In this document: positions 42,334 to 53,070 of the stretch, piece after piece
Numbering within the stretch: the first letter of the stretch is position 1
Layout: each line of letters begins with the position of its first letter
Assembly: GCA_963847705.1 (NCBI GenBank)
Contig: CAWKBC010000032.1
Coordinates: 416,001-480,000 of the forward strand
Direction of reading: 5' to 3'
From: an uncultured Pseudomonadota bacterium
Lineage (GTDB): Bacteria > Myxococcota_A > Polyangia > Fen-1088
DNA length: 64,000 nucleotides
Position numbers and translations under genes: made by a program
The notes under the pieces: model-generated
Database searches by the model: none
What the model was told of the DNA's origin: nothing
The model's input: the letters and a program-made list of their open reading frames with translations, nothing else

Positions 42334-44208
42334 GTGGCCACGGGCGGTCTTCTGTCGGTGCGGCTCGGGCAAATTCGGCGGCGGCTGCGCCTCCAGGCGG
42401 CACGCGAAGGGGCCATCGGGGGGGCGGCGCTGGCGATGCTCGCGCTGGCGGTCGGCGTGGCGCTCGCCCGCGGACGGGGCGGCGCACCGGGGGCCGAGGT
42501 GCTGGCGGCGCTGATTCTCCTCGGCGCCGCCACCGGGGCGATCGTGCGGGGCGCGCGGCGGATCCCGCTGGCACGCTGCGCCCGGCTGGCGGACGCCGCG
42601 CTCGACGGTCAGGATCGGCTGTTGTCGGCGCTCACCCTCGACACGGACGAGCCGTCGCCGTTCGTGCGGGCCCTGGTGGCCGACGCAGTTCGCCGGGCGG
42701 CGATTCTGATGCCGGACGCGGCGGTCCCCGCGCGTCGCCCGGCCGGGCTGCCGGCGCTGGGAATCGCCACGCTGGCGCTGGCCGGGGCGGCACTCTTTCC
42801 CACCTCTTCGCGCGCTGCCCGCGTCCCGCCGACGACGCCCAGCCCGGAGCGCCACGCGGCGATCCCCGCGGGGGCGCTCGACGCCGAGCGCGAGGTGGCG
42901 CGCGCCGCGGCCGAGGCGGCGGCCAGGCTCGGCGACGCGCGGCTGGCGGCGCTGGCGGCCGATTTCGATCGGGCGCTGCGCCGGCTGGCCAGCGGGACGT
43001 TGAACGATCCCGCGGCGCTCGATCTCCTGCGCGCGCTGGAAGCGCGCGCCTCCGAGGCGGCCCGGGCCGCGAAACGGGACGGTCAGGCGGCGGAGGCCGC
43101 TGCGCGCGCGCTGGAGGCGCACGCCGAGACACGCTCGGCTGGAGAGTCGCTGGCGCAAACCGGCGCGGGCACCGGCGACGACGCGCGGGCGTCCACCGCG
43201 CTGGGCGCCAGCGCGGCGGCCCACCCGGGCGAGACGGCGCGGGCGCTGGCGTCGGCCGCGGCGAGTCTGGCTGGCGCGGCGGGCAAGCAAGGATCGACCG
43301 GCGACCCGGCCGACGCCAGGGACCTGCCGCGCCGACTTTCGCGCGACTCTCCGAGCGCGGGGACCGCGCCCGAGAATGCCGCGCCCGACAGCAACAATCC
43401 CGAAGCGCGTCACCTGGAACAGCTCCGGCGCGAGCTGGACGCCGCCGCCTCGGCCTGCCGCACCGGCGATCCAGGCTGTCGGCGACGCGCCGAGGAGCGC
43501 GGGCGCGAGCTGGAACAGCTGAGCCGCCAGGGAGCCGCGCGAGATTCGCTGCAACGTCTCGAGCGCTCCGCCGAACAGCTCCGCGCCCGCGTCAGCCGCG
43601 GCGAGCTCGGGGACGGCGACGCGCAGGCCATGCGCAGCTTTGGGCGCGCCGCCGATGGGGAGGGCGCGGGGCCGAGCGGGACCAGCGATGAGGTGAGCGC
43701 CGGCGCCGGAGCTGCTGCGGGAAACCGCCAGGACGCGCCCTCGAGCCGGGCGAACCGTCTTGGGAATGCCGCCGATGGAGAAGAAGGCGGCGCTCGTGAA
43801 AGCAAGGGCGGCGCGGAGACCGCCGCCGCTTCCGCCGCGATGGCTGCGGAGGGGAGCGGCGCCTCCGACGACGAGACCGGGAACGGCAACGGAATCGGCC
43901 ACCAGCCGGGTGGCGCGCCGCTCGGCGCGCGCCGCGCCGAGACGGAGGCCAGTCCTGGAAGCGAGGCCCGCGACGACGTTCCGCTCCGCGACGGGGCCGG
44001 GCCCGGACGTGCCGAGGTGATCGGTACCGCCGCCGGGCGTGGCTTTGCCAGCCCCGGTTATGCGCGCGCGTTCAACGACTATGCCGCCGCGGTCGAAGAC
44101 GCGCTCGGCGCGACCGCGGTTCCCGAAGGAAAGCGCTACCTGGTGCGTCGCTACTTCGACCTGATCCGCCCGCGCCCGCCGGTGCGCGAGCCCAGGGGCA
44201 CCCGGTGA
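42334..44208 (+). CDS. Membrane-anchored coiled-coil protein, first gene of the MoxR/VWA operon
   Basis: N-terminal TM segments, DRL.SAL motif, coiled coils and C-terminal VP...RYLVRRYF. Confidence 0.72.
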   Translation: MATGGLLSVRLGQIRRRLRLQAAREGAIGGAALAMLALAVGVALARGRGGAPGAEVLAALILLGAATGAIVRGARRIPLARCARLADAALDGQDRLLSALTLDTDEPSPFVRALVADAVRRAAILMPDAAVPARRPAGLPALGIATLALAGAALFPTSSRAARVPPTTPSPERHAAIPAGALDAEREVARAAAEAAARLGDARLAALAADFDRALRRLASGTLNDPAALDLLRALEARASEAARAAKRDGQAAEAAARALEAHAETRSAGESLAQTGAGTGDDARASTALGASAAAHPGETARALASAAASLAGAAGKQGSTGDPADARDLPRRLSRDSPSAGTAPENAAPDSNNPEARHLEQLRRELDAAASACRTGDPGCRRRAEERGRELEQLSRQGAARDSLQRLERSAEQLRARVSRGELGDGDAQAMRSFGRAADGEGAGPSGTSDEVSAGAGAAAGNRQDAPSSRANRLGNAADGEEGGARESKGGAETAAASAAMAAEGSGASDDETGNGNGIGHQPGGAPLGARRAETEASPGSEARDDVPLRDGAGPGRAEVIGTAAGRGFASPGYARAFNDYAAAVEDALGATAVPEGKRYLVRRYFDLIRPRPPVREPRGTR

Positions 44209-45224
44209 GCGCCTCGCGGCCGAACGACGTCGACCAGGGCGCTGACGCCATCACGGCCGCCGTGGCGGCGTTCCGGACGGATCTCGATCGGCTGTTGTCC
44301 GAGATCGGTCGTCGGCTGGTCGGCCAGACCGACGTCGTCGGCGCCGTGGCCTCGGCCATGCTGGCCGGCGGACACGTGCTCGTCGAAGGGGTCCCCGGCC
44401 TCGGCAAGACGTTGCTGGTGCGGACCGCCGCGGCGGCCATGGAGCTGACCTTCTCGCGCGTGCAGTTCACCCCCGATCTCATGCCGGCCGACGTCATCGG
44501 GACCAACCTGATCGTCGACGACGCCGGCGGGCGGCGGTTCGAGTTCCAGAAGGGGCCGATCTTCGCCCACGTCGTGCTGGCCGACGAGATCAACCGCGCG
44601 ACGCCCAAGACGCAGTCGGCGCTGCTGGAGGCGATGCAGGAGCAGTCGGTCACCGTCGGCAAACAGACCTACGCGCTGCCGCCGCCGTTCTTCGTGCTCG
44701 CCACCCAGAACCCGATCGAGATGGAGGGGACCTACCCGCTCCCCGAGGCGCAGCTCGATCGCTTCCTGTTCAAGCTGCGGGCGCTGCCCCCGAGCGGCGC
44801 CGAGCTGCACCAGATCCTCGACCGCACCACCGGCGCCCCCGAGGAGGCGACCCGGGTGGTGCTCGGGCGCGAGCGCCTGCTGGAGATGCGGGCGCTGGTC
44901 CGGCAGGTGCCGGTGGCGCGGCCGATCCAGGACTTCGTGGTGCGACTCGTCGAAGCGACCGATCCCGCGCGCTCCCCGCTCGGCGAGGTCACGCGCTTCG
45001 TCCGCTACGGCAGCTCGCCGCGCGGCGCGCAGGCGTTGATCCTGGGAGCGAAGATCGAGGCGCTGCGGGCGGGCCGCTTCGCCCCCTCCTTCGCCGACGT
45101 GCGGCGGGTGGCGATCCCGGCGCTGCGACACCGGGTGCTGCTCAACTTCGACGGCGAGGCCGAAGGGATCACCGCCGACGCGCTCGTCGAGAAGCTGCTG
45201 GCGGCGCTGCCGGAGATGCCGTGA
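44205..45224 (+). CDS. moxR: MoxR family AAA+ ATPase
   Basis: GVPGLGKT, RVQFTPDLMPAD, DEINR, ATQNPIE and LPEAQLDRF motifs. Confidence 0.95.
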   Translation: MSASRPNDVDQGADAITAAVAAFRTDLDRLLSEIGRRLVGQTDVVGAVASAMLAGGHVLVEGVPGLGKTLLVRTAAAAMELTFSRVQFTPDLMPADVIGTNLIVDDAGGRRFEFQKGPIFAHVVLADEINRATPKTQSALLEAMQEQSVTVGKQTYALPPPFFVLATQNPIEMEGTYPLPEAQLDRFLFKLRALPPSGAELHQILDRTTGAPEEATRVVLGRERLLEMRALVRQVPVARPIQDFVVRLVEATDPARSPLGEVTRFVRYGSSPRGAQALILGAKIEALRAGRFAPSFADVRRVAIPALRHRVLLNFDGEAEGITADALVEKLLAALPEMP

Positions 45225-46171
45225 CCGCGGCGGGCGACTTCGCCGTGCGCGCCGCCGGCGCTGGGCCCGCCGAGGGGCCGATTGGGAGCCGGTTCGATGA
45301 CCGGTTCCTGCGCAAGCTCGAGTCGCTGGCGCTGACCATTCGACGCACCACGGCCGGTCGGTCACACGGGATGCGGCGCAACCGCCGCGTGGGAGCCGGC
45401 CTGGAGTTCGCCGATCACCGCGATTACGTCCCCGGCGACGATCTGCGCTACCTCGACTGGAATCTGTACGGCCGGCTCGAGCGTCGGGCGCTGCGGCTCT
45501 ACGAGGAGGACGAGGATTCGTCGATCGACGTCCTGGTCGACGCCAGCGCCTCGATGGCGATGGGGCGGCCGGCCAAGCTCGAGCTGGCGCTCCAGATCGG
45601 CGCCGCCCTCGCCTACGTCGGCCTCTCCAACCTCGACCGCGTCGCGGTGACGGCGCTCGGCAACGAGGCGTCCGGCCCGCCACCGGGGCGCGGCAAGGCC
45701 CGCATCCTGCCGATCCTCCGTCACCTCGACGCCGTTCGCCCACCGCGGCGAACCGCCAGGCCGTCGCTGGAGGCGGCGGTGCGCGAGTTCCTGTCGCGGC
45801 GGCGCGGGCGCAGGCGCGGGTTGGCGGCGCTGGTCTCCGATTTCTACGACCCGGCCGGGGCCCGCGCCGCCCTGGAGCTCGTCCGGCGCAACCGCCTGGA
45901 AGCGATCGCCGTCCAGATCTCCGCCCCCGACGAGCTGGCGCCCCAGCTGCGCGGCGACCTGCAGCTCTGTGACGCCGAGACGGGCGAGGTGCGCGACCTG
46001 ACCATCTCCCCGCGCGCGCTGGCCGACTACGCGCAGAGGCACGCGGCCCTCTTGCGCGAGCTCCGCGGCTATTGCCGCGAACGCGCCATCCCCTGCTTCA
46101 CCGTGACCTCCGATCAGCCTTTCGACGCCGTCGTGCTGCGGATGTTCCGGTCCGGCGGGCTCCTCGGCTGA
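45221..46171 (+). CDS. DUF58 domain protein
   Basis: EFADHRDYVPGDDLRYLDWN, DASASM and SDF motifs. Confidence 0.92.
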   Translation: MTAAGDFAVRAAGAGPAEGPIGSRFDDRFLRKLESLALTIRRTTAGRSHGMRRNRRVGAGLEFADHRDYVPGDDLRYLDWNLYGRLERRALRLYEEDEDSSIDVLVDASASMAMGRPAKLELALQIGAALAYVGLSNLDRVAVTALGNEASGPPPGRGKARILPILRHLDAVRPPRRTARPSLEAAVREFLSRRRGRRRGLAALVSDFYDPAGARAALELVRRNRLEAIAVQISAPDELAPQLRGDLQLCDAETGEVRDLTISPRALADYAQRHAALLRELRGYCRERAIPCFTVTSDQPFDAVVLRMFRSGGLLG

Positions 46172-46181
46172 GGGGTCGGGC

Positions 46182-48002
46182 ATGGAGCTGCGCGGCCTCG
46201 CACAGGTCATCGAAGGCGCGTCGGGCGCGCTCTCGCGGACGGCGGCCGCCGTCATCGGCGTCGCCGGCGCCGTGGCCATCACCGCGCTCTATCTGTTGCG
46301 GCTGCGCCGGCGCCGGGTGGTGGTCGCCTTCGCGCCGCTCTGGCTGGGTGCCCCGGGCGCGGCGCGCGCCGCCCGCCGCACGCGCCGGGTGCGCCACTGG
46401 CTGTCGCTCGCGCTGGCGTTGAGCCTCTTTGCGGCGATCCTGCTCGGTGCGGTCGATCTGCCGCGGGAAGCGGTCGATCTCGGGGCCATCGATCGGAGCG
46501 GGCGCAGCCTGGTCCTGCTGATCGATCGGTCGGCCTCGATGTCGGCGACCGACGAAGCCGGCTCCCGGCTGGCCGCCGCCCGACGACGCGCGGACGAGAT
46601 CATCGGCGGCCTCACCGGCGCGGACAGCGCGCTGGTGGCTTCGTTCGCCGCGGACGCGACCGCGGAGAGCGGCTTCGAGTCGGACCCCCACCGGCTCGCG
46701 CGGGCCGTCGCCGGCGTGTCCCCCAGCGACGAGCCCGGTGATCTGCCGCGTGCGCTGGCGTTTGCCGCCGCGATCCTCCGCGGCCGTCCGCGCCCGACCG
46801 TCGTGCTGGTGAGCGACGGCGGCTTCACCGACGACGCGCTCCGCCTGGCGCCCGTCGATCCCGAGGGCCGCCCGCTCGACGTCCGCTACGCCCCTGTCGG
46901 GCGGCGCGCCGACAACGTCGGGATCCTGTCGCTGGCGGCGCGGCGCATCCCCAGCGATCCCGGCGCGGTCGAGACCGCGCTCGTGGTGCAGAGCTTTCGT
47001 CCGAAGGTCGCCACCGTCGGCGTCGAGGTCGCGAGCGGCGGCGCAGTCGTCGAGAAGGTCGAGCTGACGCTGGCCCCCGGTGAGCGCCGGCGCCTGACGC
47101 TCCCCAACCTGTTCGCGCCCGACGCCCGTCTCGAAGCACGGCTCACCGGCGCCCAGCAGGTGACGAATGATCAGACGGGTGATCTGACGGATGACCTGAC
47201 GGTCGATGATCACGCGGCGGCGACCATCCCGCCCTTGCCGCGCCGGAAGATCCTGCGCGTCGGCGGCCCGGACCTCTACCTCGACGCCGCGCTCCTCGGT
47301 CTCGGGCGCACGGTGCACGTCGATCGCCTCGCCGCGGCCGACACCGACCAGGCCGCTGCCCGCGCGCACGACTACGACCTCGTCATCTTCGACGGCGTGA
47401 CACCGTCCATGCCGCCCAGGACCGGGAGGTTTCTCTACTTCGACCCGCAGGGCCCTGGCAGCCCGTTCGCGCCCGCGCGAGAAACCCGCCCGCTGCGGGA
47501 TCCAGTGCTCGACCCGGCGTCGCTCCGCCGCGATCACCCACTCCTGCGCCAGCTCGATCTCAGCGACGTCAACGTCGCCGAGGCGCGCCGGTTGGCGCTC
47601 GGGCCCGGCGACCTCGCGCTGGCCGCCTCCTTCGATGTTCCGTTGATCGTGGCGCGCGAGCGTCCCGGCCTGCGCATCGCCGCGCTGGCCTTCGACCCGC
47701 GCCGGTCGGACCTGCCGATGCGCCCCGCGTTCCCGCTCCTCGTCGCCAACGCGCTCGCCTGGGCGGCCCGCGACGATGTCGAGGCCGCCGCACCTGCCGG
47801 CTACACAGGCGCCACCGTGCGCGACGCGCGCGAGTCGGACACCACGCCGGTCCGCACGCTGGCGCTCGGCGGGCAGGTGCTGGCGCCGCCCGATCCGCCC
47901 GCCCGACATTCGCACCCGCGATTCAGCAGCTGGGCGTTGATGCTGGCCGCCGCGCTCTTGCTGTTCGACTGGCTCAGCTATCACCGACGGTGGACCACAT
48001 GA
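46182..48002 (+). CDS. BatA/VWA domain membrane protein
   Basis: N-terminal BatA-like TM region, DRSAS MIDAS, VSDG and a C-terminal TM segment. Confidence 0.85.
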   Translation: MELRGLAQVIEGASGALSRTAAAVIGVAGAVAITALYLLRLRRRRVVVAFAPLWLGAPGAARAARRTRRVRHWLSLALALSLFAAILLGAVDLPREAVDLGAIDRSGRSLVLLIDRSASMSATDEAGSRLAAARRRADEIIGGLTGADSALVASFAADATAESGFESDPHRLARAVAGVSPSDEPGDLPRALAFAAAILRGRPRPTVVLVSDGGFTDDALRLAPVDPEGRPLDVRYAPVGRRADNVGILSLAARRIPSDPGAVETALVVQSFRPKVATVGVEVASGGAVVEKVELTLAPGERRRLTLPNLFAPDARLEARLTGAQQVTNDQTGDLTDDLTVDDHAAATIPPLPRRKILRVGGPDLYLDAALLGLGRTVHVDRLAAADTDQAAARAHDYDLVIFDGVTPSMPPRTGRFLYFDPQGPGSPFAPARETRPLRDPVLDPASLRRDHPLLRQLDLSDVNVAEARRLALGPGDLALAASFDVPLIVARERPGLRIAALAFDPRRSDLPMRPAFPLLVANALAWAARDDVEAAAPAGYTGATVRDARESDTTPVRTLALGGQVLAPPDPPARHSHPRFSSWALMLAAALLLFDWLSYHRRWTT

Positions 48003-50671
48003 CGAACCTCGGCTGGGGCGCGCGGCTGGGGTTCGAGCGGCCCGCCTGGTTGCTGCTCCTCCTGGCGACGCCGGCCCTGTTCGTGCTGCTCCGGCGCTCC
48101 CTGGCCGACTTTTCCGGGCGGCAGCTGGCGCTCCAGGCGGCGCTGCGCACGCTGGTTTTGGCTGGCGTGGCGACGGCGCTGGCCGGACCGGAGCTCCGGC
48201 GGCCCGCGCACGCGCTCTCCGTGGTGGCGCTGGCTGACGTCTCGGACAGTGTGTCCGACGAGGCGCTCGCCTTCGAGCGTGCCGAGCTCTCGGCGCTGGC
48301 GCGCGCCGCCGCCGGACTTGGCGAGCCGCCGCCGCGGCTCGTCCGCTTCGCCGCCCGCCCCGAGGAGGTCGTCTTCGGCAAAACGACGGAGCTCGCGCTC
48401 TCACGCTTCCCGCCGCCGGCCGGCGCGGCGACGGACCCCGCGCTGGCGGTCGGCCTCGGCGCCGGGCTGGTCGACGCCACCGCCCTCCCGAGGCTGCTGC
48501 TCCTCTCGGACGGGCTCGCCACCCACGGCGATCTCGACGGCGCCGCCGCACGCCTCGGCCGGCGCGCGCTCCCCATCTTCGCGCTCCCGCTCCCTCCCCC
48601 GGCCACCGGCGACGCCGCCGTGGCCGAGCTCTCGGCGCCCGTCGAGGTCCGCCCGCGGGTTCCGTTCCGCGTCGACGTGCGGCTGCTCGCCGATCGGGCG
48701 ACCAACGCGCACCTGCACCTCGAAGGGGACCACGGCACGACGGTCGACGATCCGGACCGCGCCATCCCGCTGCCGGCCGGCGCGACGACCGTCAGCTATC
48801 AGGTGCGTGTCCCGGGGCCCGGGACGACGATCCTGCGGGCCCACCTGCAGGCCTCGTCCGATCGCCATCCAGAGAACGACGAAGGCGTCCTGGCGATCGC
48901 CACCGACCGCGATCCCCACCGCGTCCTCTGTCTGGAAGGGACGCCCGGCGCCGCCACCTCGTTCGCCCGCGCGCTCGCGGCCGAAGGGCTCCCCAGCGAT
49001 GTCCGTCCCGCCGGGGCGGCGCCGGTCGGCGACCTTGGCCGTTACGATCTGGTGGTCCTGGCCGACGTGCCGCGCGCCGCGCTCTCGGACGGTGCGATCG
49101 CGGCGCTCGAGTCGTTCGTGCGCGGCGGCGGCGGGCTCCTGGTGGCGGGCGGCACCCAGAGCTTTGGCCCGGGCGGCTACCTGGGGACGCGCCTGGCGAC
49201 CATCCTGCCGCTGCGCCTCGACGTCCCCGATCGGCAAGAGGAGGCCTCGCTGGCGCTGGCCCTGGTGATCGACAAGTCGGGCTCGATGGCCGGCGAGAAG
49301 CTGGACCTCACCAAGCAGGCCGCCAGCGCGACCGCCGAGGCGCTGCCCCCCTCCGATGAGATCGCGGTGGTGGTGTTCGACAGTCAGGCGCAGCCGGTGG
49401 TGCAGCTTCAGCGCGCGGCCAACCGGCAGCGGATCGCCAATGACATCGGGCGCATCCAGGCCAGCGGCGGGACCAACATCCTGGCCGGCCTGCGCGAGGC
49501 GGTCGAGGAGCTGCTGCCGGCACGGGCGCGCAAGAAGCACATCATTCTCCTGTCCGACGGACAGTCCCCCTACGACGAGATCCCCGATCTGGTCGACGCG
49601 GCGAGCGCCGCCCGGATCACCATCTCCGCGATCGGCGTCGGCGATGGCGCCGATCAGACGATGCTCAAGATGATCGCCGAGCGGGGCGGCGGGCGCTTCT
49701 ACCAGACCCGCGATCCCGCCAGCATCCCGCGCATCTTCTCGCGCGAGACCTCCGACCTCGACGATCAGCTGATCGTCCAGCGGCCGACCTCCGTTCGCGT
49801 CGCCAAGCGGATCGCCGCCTTCGCCGGCGTCGACCTGACGCACGCGCCGGCGCTCGGGGGATACGTGGTCACCCGCCCACGTCCCGAGGCCGAGCTGGCG
49901 CTGGCGACCGGCGATGGTGCGCCGCTCCTGGCGCGGTGGCAGCTCGGCCTCGGCCAGGTGGCCGCCTGGACCAGCGATCTCGGCGCCCGCTGGGGAGCCG
50001 GATGGGCGCGCTGGGCGCCGTTCGACAAGCTGTGGGCGCAGCTCGCCCGCGCCACCATGCGGAAGGGAGCCGCCAGCCACTTCGCCATCCGCAGCGGGCG
50101 CACCGGGGATCGGGTCTCGGTGTCGGTCGACGCGATCGGTGCCGACGACGGCTTCCTGACCGGCCTCGACGGACGCGTCGAGGTCACCACCGTCGGCGCT
50201 GGTGGACAGGTCGCCCCCGCGCGATCCCTGCCGCTCCCCGAGACCGCGCCCGGCCGCTACGAGACCAGCTTCCGCCCCGACATCGAGGCCGGGGCGCTGC
50301 TCTTCGCGGCCACGTTCCGGGCCCGCGGCGCTGACGGCCCGCTGGTCGCCGACGCCAGCGGCAGGCTCACCCTCCCCTTCGCGGCAGAGCTGACTCCCCG
50401 GCCGCCGGCGTCGACCGAAGGGGCGGCGGCGCTCGCCCGGGCGGCGACCGCCAGCGGCGGGCGCGTGGTCCATCACGCGGTCGAAGCCCTCGATCCCGGC
50501 GCTGACCGGCGCGAAACTGAGCAGCCCCTCCGCACGCCGATCCTCCTGATCACGCTGGCGCTGTTCGTCGCGGACGTCGCGCTCCGGCGGATCCGTCTGC
50601 TCGATCCGGCGCGGACCGCCGAGCCGGCGCGGACCGCCGAGCCCGCGCGGGCCATTGACTCCCGACGGTAA
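47999..50671 (+). CDS. Double-VWA domain membrane protein with GATase-like middle domain
   Basis: F..P.WLLLL, DVSDS, DKSGSM, LLSDG and GGGLLVAGG motifs. Confidence 0.87.
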   Translation: MTNLGWGARLGFERPAWLLLLLATPALFVLLRRSLADFSGRQLALQAALRTLVLAGVATALAGPELRRPAHALSVVALADVSDSVSDEALAFERAELSALARAAAGLGEPPPRLVRFAARPEEVVFGKTTELALSRFPPPAGAATDPALAVGLGAGLVDATALPRLLLLSDGLATHGDLDGAAARLGRRALPIFALPLPPPATGDAAVAELSAPVEVRPRVPFRVDVRLLADRATNAHLHLEGDHGTTVDDPDRAIPLPAGATTVSYQVRVPGPGTTILRAHLQASSDRHPENDEGVLAIATDRDPHRVLCLEGTPGAATSFARALAAEGLPSDVRPAGAAPVGDLGRYDLVVLADVPRAALSDGAIAALESFVRGGGGLLVAGGTQSFGPGGYLGTRLATILPLRLDVPDRQEEASLALALVIDKSGSMAGEKLDLTKQAASATAEALPPSDEIAVVVFDSQAQPVVQLQRAANRQRIANDIGRIQASGGTNILAGLREAVEELLPARARKKHIILLSDGQSPYDEIPDLVDAASAARITISAIGVGDGADQTMLKMIAERGGGRFYQTRDPASIPRIFSRETSDLDDQLIVQRPTSVRVAKRIAAFAGVDLTHAPALGGYVVTRPRPEAELALATGDGAPLLARWQLGLGQVAAWTSDLGARWGAGWARWAPFDKLWAQLARATMRKGAASHFAIRSGRTGDRVSVSVDAIGADDGFLTGLDGRVEVTTVGAGGQVAPARSLPLPETAPGRYETSFRPDIEAGALLFAATFRARGADGPLVADASGRLTLPFAAELTPRPPASTEGAAALARAATASGGRVVHHAVEALDPGADRRETEQPLRTPILLITLALFVADVALRRIRLLDPARTAEPARTAEPARAIDSRR

Positions 50672-50698
50672 TTTTGGCATGAACCCCCCTTCACTCTT

Positions 50699-50775
<77 letters not shown>

Positions 50776-50901
50776 CTTAAACCCGCGAGAACCCGACCAC
50801 ATGGCTCCGCAATCGCCTGCTGATTCGGATTGCGGGATCAGTTCAGCCGCGGTCGGGCTTCAGGGCACCGCTCACGTTGCTGGGGAGGGTGACGAATTTT
50901 C

Positions 50902-51909
50902 CTATGTCAATCCGCCGGGCCGTTTTGTTATCGGCGGACCTGACGGCGCCGCGGGGCCGAGAGGCGAGAAGTCGGCGCCGGAGACCTTGACGACGGCCTG
51001 CCAGGCGGCTTCCTGGCTGGCGCGATCGTGGAGGTGTGGCTGGCGCTGCGCCTCAATTGGTCCTGAGAACTTCCCTCGAGCCGAGGCGAAGAATTGCCCT
51101 GAGACGTCGGTTCCGAACTCCGAGGCCTGGAGGTACCGACGGGCCGCGGTCTCCGGCGTCTGATTCATGCCGGGAATGAGGTTCACGATTGGGATGAACA
51201 GATACTTCAACAGCGGGCCAGCGTTGCGCACCGCCTTGGTGGCGGTCGCCCCACCGGGCGAGACGGCGTACACGGCCATGCCGGAGGGCAGCCGGCGCGC
51301 CAGCGCCGCGACCCACCAAGCGATGATGAGCTTCGCGTCGGCGTACGTATTGTTGGGCACGTACCTCACGTTCGGCCCGTTGCGAATCAGGGCTTCGATC
51401 GCGGCGGTCCGGTCTCCCCGGAAGTGTTTGGCCGCGAAGGCTGGCACATCGGTGTAGCTGAACATCGGCACGCCCCCACGGGCCGGCTCCGCGCCGGCGA
51501 TGACAATCCGCGCGTTGGGGCTGAGCAGGCTGGCGCGGAGCAACCCGACAGTCAGTTGATGATGGCCGATGAGCGGGGCCTGAGAAGCCTCGATGCCCGC
51601 CGCAGTGAGCACGCGCTTCTTACCCGGGACCATTCCTGCATTGAGCAGCAGGAGATCGATCGGCCGACCTCGCTTGACCAGCTCGGCGAGGGCGGCCTCC
51701 ACGCTGGACGGCGTGTCCAGATCCAGCTGCAGCGGCGTGAAGACGTGTAGCTTGGTCTCAGCCGCGAGCTGAGCGGCCGTTTCGTGGACCCGAGCCAGGC
51801 CGCGGCCGGTGACGATGACCTGGCCGCAGCCCTCGGCGGCGAGCATGCGGGCTGCTGCATAACCGAGCCCGGAGGTGGTGCCGGTGACGAGGGCGATCGA
51901 ATGTCTCAT
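50902..51909 (-). CDS. SDR family oxidoreductase (retinol-dehydrogenase-like)
   Basis: TGTTSGLG, LNAG and YADAK (YxxxK) motifs. Confidence 0.88.
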   Translation of the reverse strand: MRHSIALVTGTTSGLGYAAARMLAAEGCGQVIVTGRGLARVHETAAQLAAETKLHVFTPLQLDLDTPSSVEAALAELVKRGRPIDLLLLNAGMVPGKKRVLTAAGIEASQAPLIGHHQLTVGLLRASLLSPNARIVIAGAEPARGGVPMFSYTDVPAFAAKHFRGDRTAAIEALIRNGPNVRYVPNNTYADAKLIIAWWVAALARRLPSGMAVYAVSPGGATATKAVRNAGPLLKYLFIPIVNLIPGMNQTPETAARRYLQASEFGTDVSGQFFASARGKFSGPIEAQRQPHLHDRASQEAAWQAVVKVSGADFSPLGPAAPSGPPITKRPGGLT

Positions 51910-51947
51910 GGGTGGTTTCCTCGCGACGACAGGGTCGCCTTGCCAAT

Positions 51948-52017
51948 TTCGAACTGTTCGGTACAGTAGTGAGGCGAATGGTCGTGCGCAAGGAGTTTTT
52001 AACTGAATGATTCAAAA
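51948..52017. promoter_or_regulatory. Two candidate TetR operator sites in the divergent SDR/TetR region
   Basis: Related imperfect dyads TTCGAACTGTTCGGTACAGTA (51948-51968) and TTTTAACTGAATGATTCAAAA (51997-52017, overlapping the TetR ATG). Confidence 0.5.
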
Positions 52018-52669
52018 TGCCACGAGGGCGCGTGGGCGACCGCGCAGCTTCGACGAGATGGAAGCGTTGGAGAAGGCGACCCAGGTGTTCTGGTCGAAGG
52101 GTTACGACGGAGCGACGATCGACGATCTCGTTGATGGGATGGGGGTCGGGCGGCCGAGTCTGTATGCCGTCTTCGGGGACAAGCGGACGCTGTTCCTGCG
52201 CGCTCTCAGGGCGTACGCAGAGAAGAAGGGCGCTGGCGCTGCGAAGGCGCTCCTCTCGCCGCAGCCTCTTCGCGACTCGCTCGCCAGCTTCCTGAGGCAC
52301 ATCGTCGAGAGTGCGACCGAGGAAGGCTCGGCCGTGGGTTGTCTTCTCGTGTGCGTCGCGCCGCTCGTGGACGACGCAGAGGTCCGGCAGTTCCTAAAGA
52401 ACGCAGCGGCTGGAGCTGCGGCGATGGTGGAACGTCGTTTCCGGGAGGGGATCGGCGCGGGGGAGATCCCGGCTGACTTTCCGGTCGCTGCGCGTGCGAG
52501 CCAAGTCATCGACCTTTCCAATGGTTTGACAATGCGCGCGCAGATGGGCACGCCGCGCAAGGCGCTTCTCCGGGACGCAGAGGAGGCGGCCGACTTGGTG
52601 CTTCTGCCGCGCGGGACTGGCCACGGGCCGCGCGGCAGTGCCCGGAAAGCCCGTACGGTTCGGGGCTGA
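52007..52669 (+). CDS. TetR/AcrR family transcriptional regulator
   Basis: GRPRSFD...FW.KGY...GRPSLY..FGDK and GCL motifs. Confidence 0.92.
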   Translation: MIQNATRARGRPRSFDEMEALEKATQVFWSKGYDGATIDDLVDGMGVGRPSLYAVFGDKRTLFLRALRAYAEKKGAGAAKALLSPQPLRDSLASFLRHIVESATEEGSAVGCLLVCVAPLVDDAEVRQFLKNAAAGAAAMVERRFREGIGAGEIPADFPVAARASQVIDLSNGLTMRAQMGTPRKALLRDAEEAADLVLLPRGTGHGPRGSARKARTVRG

Positions 52670-53070
52670 GCTCTGCGTCCGCGAGACGGCGGCTGGCGCA
52701 GCGAATTCGAGGGACGGACGCGTGCCGTCGGGCAGCCCCACTCAAGCGCGTTGGTCACCAGGTCGGTTACTTCTCGGCACGAGAGGCGGTGTCAGTCGCG
52801 GGGCTCCGGCTCATGGGACTTCGCCTCCATCGAAGCGAGAGCGCGGCTTCCATCCGAGCCGGCGCCACTCGTCGCCGGCGTTCTCGTTGCTGGTAGACGC
52901 ACTCCGGTACCGCCTCGAGCGGTTCACTGAGCAGCGGCTCCGGATCGAGCGGGATGAAGACGCTGGCCTGACTCCAATCCGCGTGAGCCTTTTCCACGGC
53001 TCCGCGGTCCGAGGGCTCGTGGTTCCGCTTGAACCCCAGGCATCGCCAGCGTAAGACGCCCCGAGCCAGC

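Noticed and set aside
52670-53070. ORFs in the TetR-ABC-F intergenic region (52767-53078 -, 52638-53054 +)
   Set aside because: No recognisable domain or RBS and they overlap neighbouring genes; possibly a decayed fragment.
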